The notes: generated by a model from the letters alone, not told the origin. A stretch of 64,000 nt of DNA from Selaginella moellendorffii (GCF_000143415.4 NW_003314286.1:1797718-1861717); one strand, 5' to 3'; counted from the stretch's first letter, positions 40,501 to 52,511 are shown. A program made the numbers and translations.

Positions 40501-40747
40501 TCCAGAAGCTCTCAGATCCCGAAGAGAAGGCCGAGGTATGAACTTTGTTTTCGTTTCGAGAAGCTAAAACTTTGGGAAACTCCAGGCGTATGCTCAAGCT
40601 GGAATGGCCAAAGAAGCAGCGGAAGTGGCGGCGCAAGCCAAAGACAGCGAGATTCTTGGCCGTCTCAAACTTACATTCGGCCAAAGCACCACCGCCGCCG
40701 CCCTGTTTGATTCGATTCGCGATAGATTGTCTCTCCAAGGAGGCTAA
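37537..40747 (+). CDS. VPS16: VPS16/VACUOLELESS1 (HOPS/CORVET subunit), multi-exon
   Basis: MAVSVAAEW...RYYRKQEIYRMAW, ACARFGGMIAIIRDD, IPECDGVRILSN, SIGSTSPGAMLYDA, AIKSGDTDLVY, FKVPDKRFYWLK. Confidence 0.95.
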
Positions 40748-40805
40748 ATGCGAGCAAGGAATATACCCCGTTTTAAAACCATCGTCCCATTAGGGCTCTT
40801 GAGAA

Positions 40806-40832
40806 TTAGGGTTTTGGAGGAAGAACCCTAGG
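40806..40832. promoter_or_regulatory. Telobox elements upstream of RPL26
   Basis: TTAGGGTTT (AAACCCTAA on the - strand) and AACCCTAG just 5' of the ATG, typical of plant ribosomal-protein promoters. Confidence 0.65.
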
Positions 40833-40850
40833 CGGCGGCGGCGGGGCAAG

Positions 40851-41415
40851 ATGAAGAACAATCCGGCCGTCAGCAGCTCCAGGCGCAAGTGCCGGAAGGC
40901 GCATTTCAGCGCGCCATCAAGCGTGCGCCGGATTTTGATGAGCGCGACGCTGTCATCGGATCTGAGGAACAAACACAATGTAAGATTTCGATCTCTGGGA
41001 GCTGTGAGTGCCTGCTTTCTCCTGATTGCTGCGCGCTTGCTCTGTAGGTGCGCTCGGTTCCCATTCGCAAGGACGACGAGGTCCAGATCGTCCGCGGCTC
41101 GTTCAAGGGCAGGGAAGGCAAGGTCACCCAAGTTTACCGCAAGAAGTGGGTGATTCACGTCGAGCGCATCACTCGCGAGAAAGTGAACGGTGAGAAGCAC
41201 GGGGTTCTCCTCGATCTGTGGTTGATCCCTTTGATTTTTCAGGTGCTACTGTGAACGTTGGTGTTCATCCATCCAATGTGGTGATCACCAAGTTGAAGCT
41301 GGACAAGGACAGAAAGGCGCTGCTGGACAGGAAGGGCAAGGGACGCGCTGCCGAGAAGGGCAAGGGCAAGTTCACGGCCGAGGACGTTGCTCCGCCACTC
41401 CAAGAAGTGGATTGA
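40851..41415 (+). CDS. RPL26: 60S ribosomal protein L26 (uL24), 3 exons
   Basis: [25 protein letters not shown]|[47 protein letters not shown]|[28 protein letters not shown]. Confidence 0.97.
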
Positions 41416-41492
41416 GTGAGCTTGTCGACGTAGTCTCTCCTCTCACGAAATTGCAAGTCTCCAGGATTTTGGCTTTCTAACTTTTTATAAGT

Positions 41493-42010
41493 GATGAGCT
41501 TTCTCTCGTTTGTCTTGTGGAAGTGCGATTGGAAGTTTAGCTGGTTTGCAAATCTAGAAACACGCCTCAACTAATGCGTATGATTTGGCGAAGTCACGAA
41601 CAAAATAGCCTATCTCTTGTTTGTGTTGATGATGAGTTCTCTCTCGTTTGTGTTGTGGAAGTGCGATTGGAAGTTTAGCTGGTTTGTAAATCTGGAAACA
41701 AACTAATGCGTTTGATTTGTCGAAGTCACGAACAAAATAGCCTATCTCTTGTTTGTGTTGTTGATGAGTTTTCTCTCGTTTGTGTTGTGGAAGTGCGATT
41801 GGAAGTTTAGCTGGTTTGTAAATCTGGAAACACGTCTCAACTAATGCGTTTGATTTGTCGAAGTCACGAACAAAGTAGCTTATCTCTTGTTTGTGTTGTT
41901 GATGAGTTTTCTCTCGTTTGTGTTGTGGTAGTGCGATTGGAAGTTTCGCTGGTTTGCAAATCTAGAAACACGTCTCGACTAATGTGTATGATTTGTCAAA
42001 ATAGCCTATT
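41493..42010. repeat. Tandem repeat, ~138-bp unit, ~3.8 copies
   Basis: Unit GATGAG..TCTCTCGTTTGT.TTGTGGAAGTGCGATTGGAAGTTTAGCTGGTTTG... starts at 41493, 41631, 41763 and 41901; copy 2 has a 6-bp deletion. Confidence 0.95.
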
Positions 42011-42364
42011 GTCAAGTCGGTGAGATCTTTTAGTTTGAAGGAGACTCGTTTTTCTTGTTTTCTCGTGGTCAAGATCCTTTTGAAAAATCAAAGCACGGCA
42101 TCGGCGGTACGTCGGTGGTACCGTGCTACGTGATCGTTCGTCCTTTAGGGAGAAATCGACAGCTAAGTGAGTTTCTTGCTCTAGAAAATTTTGATCGCCA
42201 TACAAAACCGTGCACAAAAATGTACATGTAAATTGTTTTGTGTTTACAAATAATGTAGGGAACACACCACAGAATTTCCTCTCCAACCAGAAGATTTTCT
42301 CTCCAAACCAAACTACAAACCAAATTATATAGATTTTTGCTTCTCTGGTTCAGCTGTATGCAAT

Positions 42365-42787
42365 CTACTTATAAAGATTCATGTCTGTAACACACTTCAG
42401 TAGTGTATATGATTCTACAGGCTTGGGCAAATCTTCTTCGTTGTGGGTTTGCATGTACTGCAAAACACTCTCAAATAAAGGCACTCGGCAAGGAATAACA
42501 AGCTCCCCTTTCTCGCAAAATCCATATACCTCTTTCGACTGATTGAGCATGATTTGAAAGAACGAATGATTCAGATAACTGATTGGGATCACGAATCTCT
42601 CCCTACGAGGACCTACATAGACACATATATGCCCCTTTGGAACTCCCTTACCCTCTCGGAGCTCTGAAAACTTTTGGCCAAGCAAATCCTTGAACTTTTT
42701 GCTTTTCATTCGAGGCAAAAGCATCACTCCGCCACTGCTTTCCATTGCTCCACCACTGCTTTCCATTGCTCCACTGCTACTTTCCAT
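42365..42787 (-). CDS. SAUR: SAUR (small auxin-up RNA) protein, intronless
   Basis: VPKGHICVYVGPRRERFVIPISYLNHSFFQIMLNQSKEVYGFCEKGELVIPC..F; N-terminal (MESSGGA)x3-like repeat. Confidence 0.92.
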   Translation of the reverse strand: MESSSGAMESSGGAMESSGGVMLLPRMKSKKFKDLLGQKFSELREGKGVPKGHICVYVGPRRERFVIPISYLNHSFFQIMLNQSKEVYGFCEKGELVIPCRVPLFESVLQYMQTHNEEDLPKPVESYTLLKCVTDMNLYK

Positions 42788-43023
42788 TGTATCACAAATT
42801 GGAGCAATTGAAGAGGAGGAGAAGTGGAGGTTTGAGCAATAGAAATGAAAGAGAAGACTGAGTGAATTACCTAGAAACTGGAGAGAAGCACAGACGTGCC
42901 TAAAATTTCCAACAAGAGTCCTTGACCCCACAAAAAAGAATACTATTTAAAATATTTTCTTTATCGCAACCGTAAGATCAATTACTTCATCTGACGGTCC
43001 CTGCAATTCAAATCCTCAGAAAA

Positions 43024-44171
43024 ATGCGCAGCAAGAAGCGGCCATGGCGAGAAACTGGTAAGGTGCTATTTCTTCTTGTTCCGGGTGTTGTAGCAGTTTC
43101 TTAGCTTTAGAGGGTCAGGAGGATGATTCAAAGCTGCCGCTCTCTCTACTGGATCGCGCAGTGCCGTGGAAGGCACAGTCATGGAAGCAAATGGCGGGTA
43201 TCGGCGGGCTAGCCGGCGAGTTTCGGGTTGGAACCTCGGGCTACATCTACAAGCACTGGAGGGGTGTCGTGTATCCCCGGAGCTCGGCTCAGAAGGACTG
43301 GTTTCGACTCTACACGAATCTGTTCGACACGGTGGAGATCAACAACACGTTTTATCGCCTTCCAGAGCGCAAAGTTTTTCAGGAGTGGCACGATCAAGCT
43401 CCAGAGAATTTTTGCTACGCTCTCAAGTATAGTAGGTACTTCCTCGAGCTTTTGGATTCCTTGATCTTCTGCTTTGTTGCGCTGCAGGTTTGGAACACAT
43501 ATGAAGCGCCTTAAAGACCCCGAGAATCACGTAAACTTGTTTCTCGATCGCTCGGTTCCACTCCACGCAACTTGTGGACCAGTGCTAGTGCAGGTATGGA
43601 TCGCTTTTTTCCGTTTTCTATATGCTTTTGCGTGCTTGAGAGGTGAATGATTTTCTACGCACGCAGTTGCCACCGAAATTCAAGCTGGAACTGGAGCGGC
43701 TGAAAGAATTTCTCCACAGGCTTCCAACAAATATTCGCTGGGCGGTCGAAGTACGAGACTCGAGGTGGCTATGTGACGACGTCTACGAGCTTCTCAAGCA
43801 GCACAACGTAGCTCTCTGCATCCACGACCACGAAGACATAATTGACAAGCATCCAAAGGCAAGCCTTTCTGGTTTCGCGCTCCTGCTCGGTCGTTTTCCA
43901 CCGAAAGGATGTAAGAACTTTTCTCTTGTTCTTGTTCTTGTTCTTGTTCCAGGTAATTACCGCCAGCTGGTTGTACCTGAGATTCCATGGAAAGAACTAT
44001 CAACACTGCTACACGGCCCAAGAGCTGGACCACAGCAGCACTTGGATCCGCGAGCAGCTTGCCAAAGGACTGGACGCGTTTGCTTACTTCAACAACGATG
44101 CCGACGGGAATGCCGTGACCAACGCACTGGCTCTACGCAATCTCGTCTGTGGTGGCTACTCCAGTGCATGA
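43024..44171 (+). CDS. DUF72/YecE-family protein (prokaryote-type TIM barrel); exons 43024-43057, 43111-43435, 43488-43593, 43667-43858, 43953-44171
   Basis: RVGTSGYIYKHW, FDTVEINNTFYRLP, LVQLPP, AVEVRDSRW, YLRFHG, YFNND..GNA..NA are the DUF72 motifs; four in-phase introns (last one GC-AG). Confidence 0.9.
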
Positions 44172-44707
44172 CTTTCCGCCGGAAACAGTACAGTCGCTTT
44201 TGGAAACAGTTTTGGAAGAGCTGAGATTGATCCGCTCGCACTCCTCCACCACCAAGTAAGTCAAGTGGTGCTCTCGTTTTCACGCCATGACCGTGACTTC
44301 CACAGGAAATCCCGGCGGGGACGCAGATCCTTCGAAGAAAAAACGAGCTTTCTTCCGGCAGTGGTAAACAAACTACGGCGCTTTTCTCTTTCTTGTGATC
44401 GCGGGTTTGCTGAATCGTGAAGCTTAGTGGAAAGGGAAGCGTGGAGTAAAGCGCCAGGAAATTCGTGACCTTTTTATTTTGGTGGGGATGGATGAGCACA
44501 GGATCAAGCCAACATTCTTCTACCGCGGGAAAAGTTTACTTTAAACTTTTGAAGTGTTTGTGTTTGCCACGTGCTCTGACCAATGATTTACTCTGTGTGG
44601 ATCTCCGCCGTTGGCTATCTTGGAACGAATGCTAGGGCTTGACGAACGCGGGGATTTTCGATCGATATAGACACGAGATTTAGGTCTTGTTCTTCCGTCT
44701 AGATCAT

Positions 44708-46529
44708 ATGGGAGGCGATTTCTCCAAGCCGGATCCTCACTACGATAGCTACGCCGCGTCGCCGTCTCCGCGCGTCCAGCCCACCTCTCCGCCGAAAGCT
44801 AAGATACACCGCCGCTTCTCCACGAAGTACTCGCACATCGCCGATAATTTCGCTAGCATTGAGGAGGTATGATCGCCAACGATCTCGTGGCAATTTTGCC
44901 TCACTGGAAGTGGAAATTTTTGTTTTGGTCCTTCTCTCCATCCAGGTACAGCAAGAATTGCGAAGAACAGGCCTCGAGTCCTCCAATTTGATCGTTGGCA
45001 TCGATTTCACCAAGAGCAACGAGTGGACTGGAAGGATCACTCATCAAGGGAAGAGTTTACACGCAATCGGCGATGGTAGCGTGCCAAATCCTTACGAGCA
45101 AGCGATTTCTATCATCGGGAAAACCCTCTCCGACTTTGATGACGACAACTTGATTCCTTGCTTTGGCTTTGGAGATGGTACGAATGCTTTGTTTTTCTTT
45201 CACGAAAGCTCTCTACTTTGGACCGACTCGGCTCTCTCATTTTCCAGCATCCACGCACGACAATTACGTCTTTAGCTTCTACTCGGATCACCGCCCCTGC
45301 CATGGTTTCGAGGAAGCTCTTGCAAGGTACCGTGCCATCGCTCCTCACGTCCGGCTCGCTGGTATGTTTCCACGAAGAAGAAGATCTTTCGAGTGAGTTG
45401 ACATGGTTTGGCAATTTTCTCGCAGGACCGACTTCGTTTGCTCCCATAATCGAGGCTGCAGTAAGAATAGTGGAACAAAGCGGTGGTCAGTATCATGTTC
45501 TCGTGATCATTGCCGATGGCCAAGTAAGTGACTGCTTGTTTTTTTGTTTCCTAGGATCAAATGTGGGGCCGTAACTTATACTAGCTCGTGTTTCTGCTTT
45601 TCCACAGGTAACAAGAAGCGTAGATACGGAGGTCGGGCAATTAAGTCCTCAAGAGAAGAGCACGATTGACGCGATTGTGACTGCGAGGTACGCTTTGTTT
45701 TCTACTATTTTTCCTACGCCTATGCCTTCCACTCTTTTGCAGCAACTATGCGCTGTCGATCGTTCTTGTTGGAGTTGGCGATGGTCCTTGGGATATGATG
45801 AAAGAGTTTGACGACAACATCCCCAGACGAGCATTCGATAACTTCCAGGTACCGAAACATTGACGTCAATTTGTCATGCTAAACTGTGCTCGTTTTGACA
45901 GTTCGTTAACTTCTCCCAAATAATGTCGAAGAAGCTGCCTCTCCATAAGAAAGAAGCATTGTTCGCATTATCAGCACTCATGGAAATCCCAGCTCAGTAC
46001 AAAGCAACGGTAGAACTTGAAATCTTGGGGTAAGATTGCTTCTTTAAAAGGATTTCCGTTCTTATTCGTCTTTTAACTTTAGGCGAAGATCTGGAACTGC
46101 GACTAGTTCTCTTCCTTTGCCACCTCCTGTTCAAGTATTGCAAGCGGACTCTCAGTTTCACGTTGAGCCATCGTCGTCTGGTTACTATCCTCCAGCTGAA
46201 AACTACTACACTCCACCTGGATTTTCACCTACGGCACCGAGGGGCGTGGACCTTCCAGAAAGCCAGGTACGTTTCACTGTTCCGGACAAACTCTTCAGAT
46301 GAACGCTCTTGGTTTCCAGGTGTGCCCGATCTGTCTCACGGAGAGAAAGGACTTGGCTTTTGGCTGCGGACACCAGGTATGCAAACACCATTTCTTTGGT
46401 CTTTGGAAACTTGTCAAACGTGTTGTTTCCATTATGTCGTCATGGCAGACATGCAGGGAGTGTGGTGCCAGTTTGACGAACTGTCCGATTTGCAGACAGG
46501 AGATTTCGACTCGAATTCGGCTGTACTGA
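44708..46529 (+). CDS. RGLG: RGLG-type E3 ubiquitin ligase (N-myristoylated, copine/vWA + RING), multi-exon
   Basis: [97 protein letters not shown]...[15 protein letters not shown]. Confidence 0.95.
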
Positions 46530-49041
46530 AAGACTGGAGCTGGGATTCGCGCGGCCGTTCGTGTACAGGCAAAGGATTTGTTTTTCGAGGGAGGTTCGTG
46601 GTTTGCTACAGTTTTGTCGCAAGGAATCGGCGGCCAAGAGCTTTGACACTGGAATGATACCGCTGTAATTCTTTCTCGCGACTCTCAGGGAGGGAATCTT
46701 CTCCCCGCAAATCGTTTCTTCCTTTTCTTTTGGTTTCTTTTCCTTCCTTTGTTTTCAAAGGGGTCGTACTTTGTGATGTTGACGCAGACTTTCGTATGAT
46801 TCGAAACCATTTTTTCTCTTTTTTGCCACCCCTCTCTGTGTAGATTTTTTTTTTCATACTCCCCAGAGCCGGGACGTGCCCGGACCATCCATCAACCTTG
46901 GCTCTCTAACATTGTCTTCGAATTTATCAAATAGAAACATGGTTAGATTATCCGTCACCTAACAGTGAGTGTTGAATGTTAGGTGGGTGTGGAGTGAAGC
47001 GAATTGGTAGCTCAACCGAGAGTTGCCTATGTCATCACGATTGGTGACCCTTAACTACTAGCTATAATGCGAGCGAGTGCGCAAACTTTTTCTAAGATGG
47101 AGATGTTTAGCCTGTTAATCCTGAATGAGGGTCGTGAGTGAGATTTTTTTATATCATGTAGGGTTCTTAGCGTTCCGCGGGGGTCGTGTTGGTCGGTCTA
47201 TGAGCAAAGCCTCACGTAACCTAGTAGGATTTCAATTATCTTTTTCTTTTTTGTATTTTTGCAACGAGCTTGACTTAAACGAGACTGGGATGTTTGAGCT
47301 AGAAACTCGTATTAATATGCGTATTTAGAGTCAATCGTGTCCCAGATGTGTATAGTAGTCTCGTCTACTCTCAAAGATCCCTTGCATTGTGCACAGGGGC
47401 ATGAGTGGAACGGACACAAGGGCCGAGATCCAGTCGGGCCAAGGAAAAGGAAAAAAAGAAAGAGAGAAAAATGTGAATGCTGGAGTTTAGACTTCCACGG
47501 TGATCCTGTGACAAGGTTTTCCACTCGGTGACTTGGCAACCAAGTCAATGAGGCTCATCAAGGGAGGGCGGTGGCAGCATATTACCGACACACAACCACG
47601 GAAAAGGATAGATCTAAACCGAATCCCAGGGATTCCTCTTAGAGATGCTGGCGTCTTTTCGCATGCGGTGACGAGAGGTTTTAGATCGCGGCGGGCACTT
47701 GCGACTTTGTGGACTGGATCGGCCATAAAAATTTGGGGTGAAACTTGTGGATGGTCATCGTCAAGGACACGTAGAGAGACACAAGCCCCGGGCCAGCAAC
47801 ACAGTGGTCAGGCTGTGCGGCCAAAGGGAAGCGTTGCTTGCATCCCCCACGTACGTAAACAAAGAAAAAAGAGAAAGGGAGGATGAGAGGGAAGGCGAGA
47901 GAGAGAGAGAGAGAGAGAGAAAATGGACCCCTCCTTTTGGAAGGAGGGGCCAGGGGGAGATGGGAGATACAACCACAAGGGTCACAACTAGTGAATTGTT
48001 TGTTTTCATGGGTGGCCGCACCAATGGTTTTTGGCCGGATGTGATCGTTGGCAATGCCAAAGGTGCCGTGTTGGAGGCAAACTGGCCTAGTAGCAAGGCC
48101 CAGCCACAACGTTTATCTCAAGGTTTGCCGATTTTAATCCGTGGACCCTTGCATCAAAAGCCACTATATTATACTACGCAAGACATACATGCATCTATTT
48201 TAAGGGCCGGGGATGTCTATGCCCGGGACACATGCCATGTGAGCCGGTAACGTAACTATACGTAACCAGCTGTGTGTGGGAAACCACCGGTATGCCATGC
48301 TTGCCAAAACTTAACAGCAAGCAAACAAGGTAGGGTAAGTGGGGAAGGGACGGCTTGAATGCAGGCTGACTGTCCCCACCCACGCAGCTGCAAACCTGAG
48401 GTACCCAGTTTCTTCTTTTTTATTTTTAATGCCTTTTTTTACTCATTTTTCTTTTCCTTTTCTGTTGCTATTTACCATACCATGGTGGTAAGGCATGTGT
48501 TTGATCATGGTGAGCAGGCAATGTACTTGTGAGAGTGGTGTAGGTGCAGAAATGAACAAACAAGGCACACACACAAGTTCTGCACACACACACAAATCTT
48601 AAGAGGGGGTTTGCAGCACACACACTGGAGCAGCAGCAGACACCAGCAGCACACAGCAAGGATGGAGATGAGGTGAATTGAATGTAACACACACCACACC
48701 ACACCACACCACACCACACACCACACACCACACCACACACAAACCTCTCTCCTTTTTTTTTCTCTCCCCCTGTCTTTCTAAAAGTGGGAGCAGCAACTTA
48801 TCCCAAGAGCCTACTACACCTCCCCCCTCTCTCATTTTCTTCCCATTCATTTGATCTCCTAGTTTAATAGGAGGTAAAAAACTTTTGTGGGAGCTTGGGG
48901 GGTTGGGGGTTTGGTGAATTGGTGGTGTTGGGAGCAGGAGAGAGCAAGCACCAGGTAGCACAGATCTGATCCATTCTGTAGCTTAATTGATCCAAAGGCT
49001 CCCCTGCTACAGTGTGCTGTGCAACCAAGAATTCAGGGGAG

Positions 49042-49075
<34 letters not shown>

Positions 49076-49516
49076 CAACAAGAACAAGAGTAGGGGAGAG
49101 AAAAAAAAAAGAGATCTTTTAGACACCAAGTGAAAAGCAGAGCACCCCAAAACAAGGGAAGTGGGAAAAGGGAGAAAAGAGAAGCTGAGATATGGAAGAA
49201 GAGGGAACAAGAAGCAGGAACTGGCTATGGCTGTGGAGGGGAATATTCGCGTCTCCCATCGTGGAGGAGGGAGAATGGAGGGCAAGGGAGGGGTAAGAGG
49301 AACCCAGGATTGGACTGGAGTTGGGCTAGGAGAGCTAGTTCTAGTTTGGTCTTCTCTTTTTTTTCCTGGATTCCCCTCTCTCTTCTCTCTCTCTCTCTCT
49401 CTCTCTCTCCCTCGCGTGGTGTGTGTGCGCATTGATTCAGGTGTAGGACTTTCTCGCTGATTGATGGTCCATGGAAGATCAAGCGCTACCGTGTTGATCG
49501 GGGTGGGAGGATCCCC

Positions 49517-51937
49517 ATGGCAGCATCCAGTGATTCGGAGAGTAAGAAGAGCAGGAAGGAGGAATTGGGGGGCGGTGGGAGCAGCAAGGAGGAGAAATCC
49601 GATACCGCGGCGGGCGGGTCAGATCAGGCCCAGCAGCAGCAGCCGCAGCAGCAGCAGCTGGCGGTGGTGCCATCGCCGGCCGGCGGCGGCGGCACGGCCA
49701 ATGGCGCGGGCGGTACCGCCGGCGGTACGCAGCCGGCGGCAGCATCCTCCGCCGCGGCGGCTGCCAAGGAGCGCGACTACATCTGGACCGAGGACGCTGT
49801 GCACGTCCTCCTGGATCACTTCCTGGAGAAGTACATGAGCTACGAGAAGGGGATGATCCGCAACGCCGACTGGGTGGAGATCGCGCAGCGCGTCAACCAG
49901 CAGCTGGAGGGGAACAAGCCCGTCAAAACGCCCGAGCAGTGCAAGAACAAGGTGGACAATCTCAAGAAGCAGTACCGCAAGGAGCGGCGGCGCGGATCCC
50001 TTGGCCCCTCCAGCACCAATTGGGCATTCTTCTCGCGGATGCACGACATCTTCGAGAGCGATTACAAGAAAACAGGGGGTGGTGGCGGCGGTGGAGGTGG
50101 CGGCGGCGGAGGAGGAGGAGACCGAGATCCTGGCGGCGCGAGCGAGGACGTACCACCGCAAAACAATTCCAATCCCGCCCCCGCCGCCGCCGCGGCTGCC
50201 AACAACATCGAGGACGCCCACCACCACCACCGCTTGCGATCCGCGGTGGTGCCGGATCACTACCTGGCGTCGCGCGAGTTCATCCGCAAGCAGCAGGAGG
50301 AGCTGATGCAGTACAACAAGCGGCCATCGCGGCGGAGCGAGACGCCGCCACCGGGGTCTGGCGGCGCGCCGATCTCCCAGCAGCACCACCCACACCACCA
50401 CCACCACCACCCCATGATGCTACTGCCCGAGTCCTCACACATGGCCTTCCCGCCGCACGCATCCAATCACCACCACCGCGAGTCCGGCAGCACGCCCGCG
50501 CGGAAAAAGGCCAAGTCGGACCGGCACGAGCAGCACGGCGTCCCGCACGGCATGACGCACGGCATACCGCAGCGACACCACGACCAGCGGCACTTGCAGC
50601 CGGCGGGGCCGCCGCAGCACCACGCGGAGGGATCGGGGCCGCCGTCGTCGGACTCGGGCGGCGGGGGTGGTGGCGGTGGAGTGGCTGCCGTGGAGGGATC
50701 CACCAAGCACGAGCGGAAGCTCCACCGGCACCAGCTCGCGGCGCTGCGGCGCGACTTCATGGAGGGATTCACGGGCTTCGCGGAGGTGATGCTCAAGATC
50801 GAGGTGGCCAAGATGGAGATGCAGCGGGATCTGGAGCGGCAGCGGGCGGAGATGGAGCTCCACCGCACGCAGATGATGCTGAGCAACCAGCTCCAGCTCG
50901 CAAAGTACCTCAAGGCCAGCCCGATACCGCACGGCATGCCGCCCGACGGCGGCGGGGCGGGCCCCTTCTGGCCAAACTTCGGCTTCACCGACGCGAATGC
51001 CAATACCGCCGGCGGTACCGGCGGCACGCCGCGGCTCCAGCTCGCCATCCCGATCTTCCCGGACTTTACCGCGCTGGATGCCGTGGGGCCTTACGAGGTA
51101 CTGCATTTGCTCCCCAACGTGGAGGTGCTGTTTGTGAGCCACCAGCCTGGGCTGTACGCCGCCGGCATGGGAATGCTCACGTTGCAAGCCACCGCGTCAT
51201 TCGACCAAGTGACGCGGCCGCAAATCCTCGTCGTGCCTGGCGGTATGGGCACCCGGAGGCTGCTCCAAGACCGAGTTATACTCGACTGGATCCGAAAGGT
51301 ACGTTTTCTTCTTTAATGGCTTGAGTGGAGACAACAAGTTTTTGTTGTTTGCTACTGATCAACTTGGCTGCTTCTGTCCTCGTTCCACTCGATGCGTACT
51401 AAAGTTTCGATTTTTTCGTTGCTTTTGGTGGTGGTTCTTCCAGGTTCACGAGCATACCCTCTACACTGCTTCCGTTTGCACTGGATCGCTGCTGCTCGGT
51501 GCTGCCGGATTGCTAAAAGGGATCGAGGCAACCACGCATTGGAACTCGCATGAGCTGCTAGCGGAATTTGGAGCCAAGCCAGTATCCTCGAGGATAGTCC
51601 GCCAGGTTGGTTTCAATCACCCGCGCTCCTGTATAACTCTTTGTTCTTCCAGGGGAAGATCATCACTGCTGCTGGAGTGTCCGCTGGGATCGACATGGCT
51701 CTTCAGCTGGCCGCCCTTCTAACGGACGAGGCCACCGCCAAGACGCTCCAACTTTTCATCGAGTATGATCCTCAGCCTCCGTTTGACAGCGGCTCGGTGG
51801 CCAAGGCCGGGCCCGAGGTGGTGAGCAGGGCCAAAGAACTGTCATCCAAGCGACTCCAAGCCGTGGCTGGTGCCAGTGCTGCTGCTGCCGCTGCCGCCGC
51901 CGCCGCTGCTGCTGCTACTTCCAGAGCTCCAGCGTGA
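49517..51937 (+). CDS. Trihelix (SIP1/ASIL-type Myb/SANT-like) transcription factor fused to a C-terminal InhA-type DJ-1/PfpI (isocyanide-hydratase-like) domain; exons 49517-51298, 51444-51605, 51653-51937 (742 aa)
   Basis: WTEDAVHVLLD...DWVEIA...KTPEQCKNKVDNLKKQYRKE...WAFFSRMHDI plus coiled coil FAEVMLKIEVAKMEMQRDLERQRAEMEL, then FPDFTALDAVGPYEVL...VVPGG...SVCTGSLLLGAAGLLKG..ATTHW...AGVSAGIDMAL...EYDPQPPFDSG. Confidence 0.9.
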
Positions 51938-52511
51938 AGCAGAGAGAAGAAAAGTCTACTTGTTCTACGATGCTGCTGCTGCTGTTGTATGTACCAAAAG
52001 ACGATAGAGGAGAGTGAGGGAGGGAGACGAAGAGCTCTAGAATCGAGACGAGGAACGAGCAGCGAACGACTGGAATATCCTTCTGCTTTGGTCGGGGAGA
52101 GAGATGATCCAGTTTTCCAAGAACACAGCCGGAGAAAGAGAGGCTCCACAGCTCGAGAGTTTCCATTGATCATTGGTACGCTGCTGGGGCTCTCGCTCTC
52201 TTTTCATCTCTTTCTTTGCTCCATCTCTTTTTCTTCCCGCGGGACTAACAGTTCTTCTCTGCTAGCTCTCTCAGCTCTCTAAATTTTTTGTTCGTTTTCT
52301 TTTTTTCTTGGGCTCTCGTTCATACCGATTTGTGTACCGCTGCTGCTGCTGATTGATTGACATCACTGTGCGTTTCTTCGTTTTTTTCCTTATATAAATT
52401 CTTGGTAGCCTCTGAGACGAATAAAGAAGAAAAGAACTTCCTTCCTCTGTGGCCGAATTTTCCCGCTAAAATTTGAAAGTTTAAATCTCTGTAGGGTTAG
52501 GGCACGAGGAG

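Noticed and set aside
41491-42010. Repeat unit begins with (G)TGATGA, like a box C/D snoRNA cluster; also superficially array-like (CRISPR)
   Set aside because: No CTGA box D in the unit and no unique spacers; it is a plain tandem duplication in a eukaryote.
49619-51324. Long alternative-frame and antisense ORFs (461, 263, 250 aa), and similar ones over YUC, PPR, KIN17, HEC and GPAT
   Set aside because: Shadows of GC-rich coding sequence; no motifs.
43024-51937. Bacterial contamination as the explanation for the DUF72 and InhA-like sequences
   Set aside because: Both contain in-phase spliceosomal introns and are interleaved with, or fused to, plant-specific sequences.
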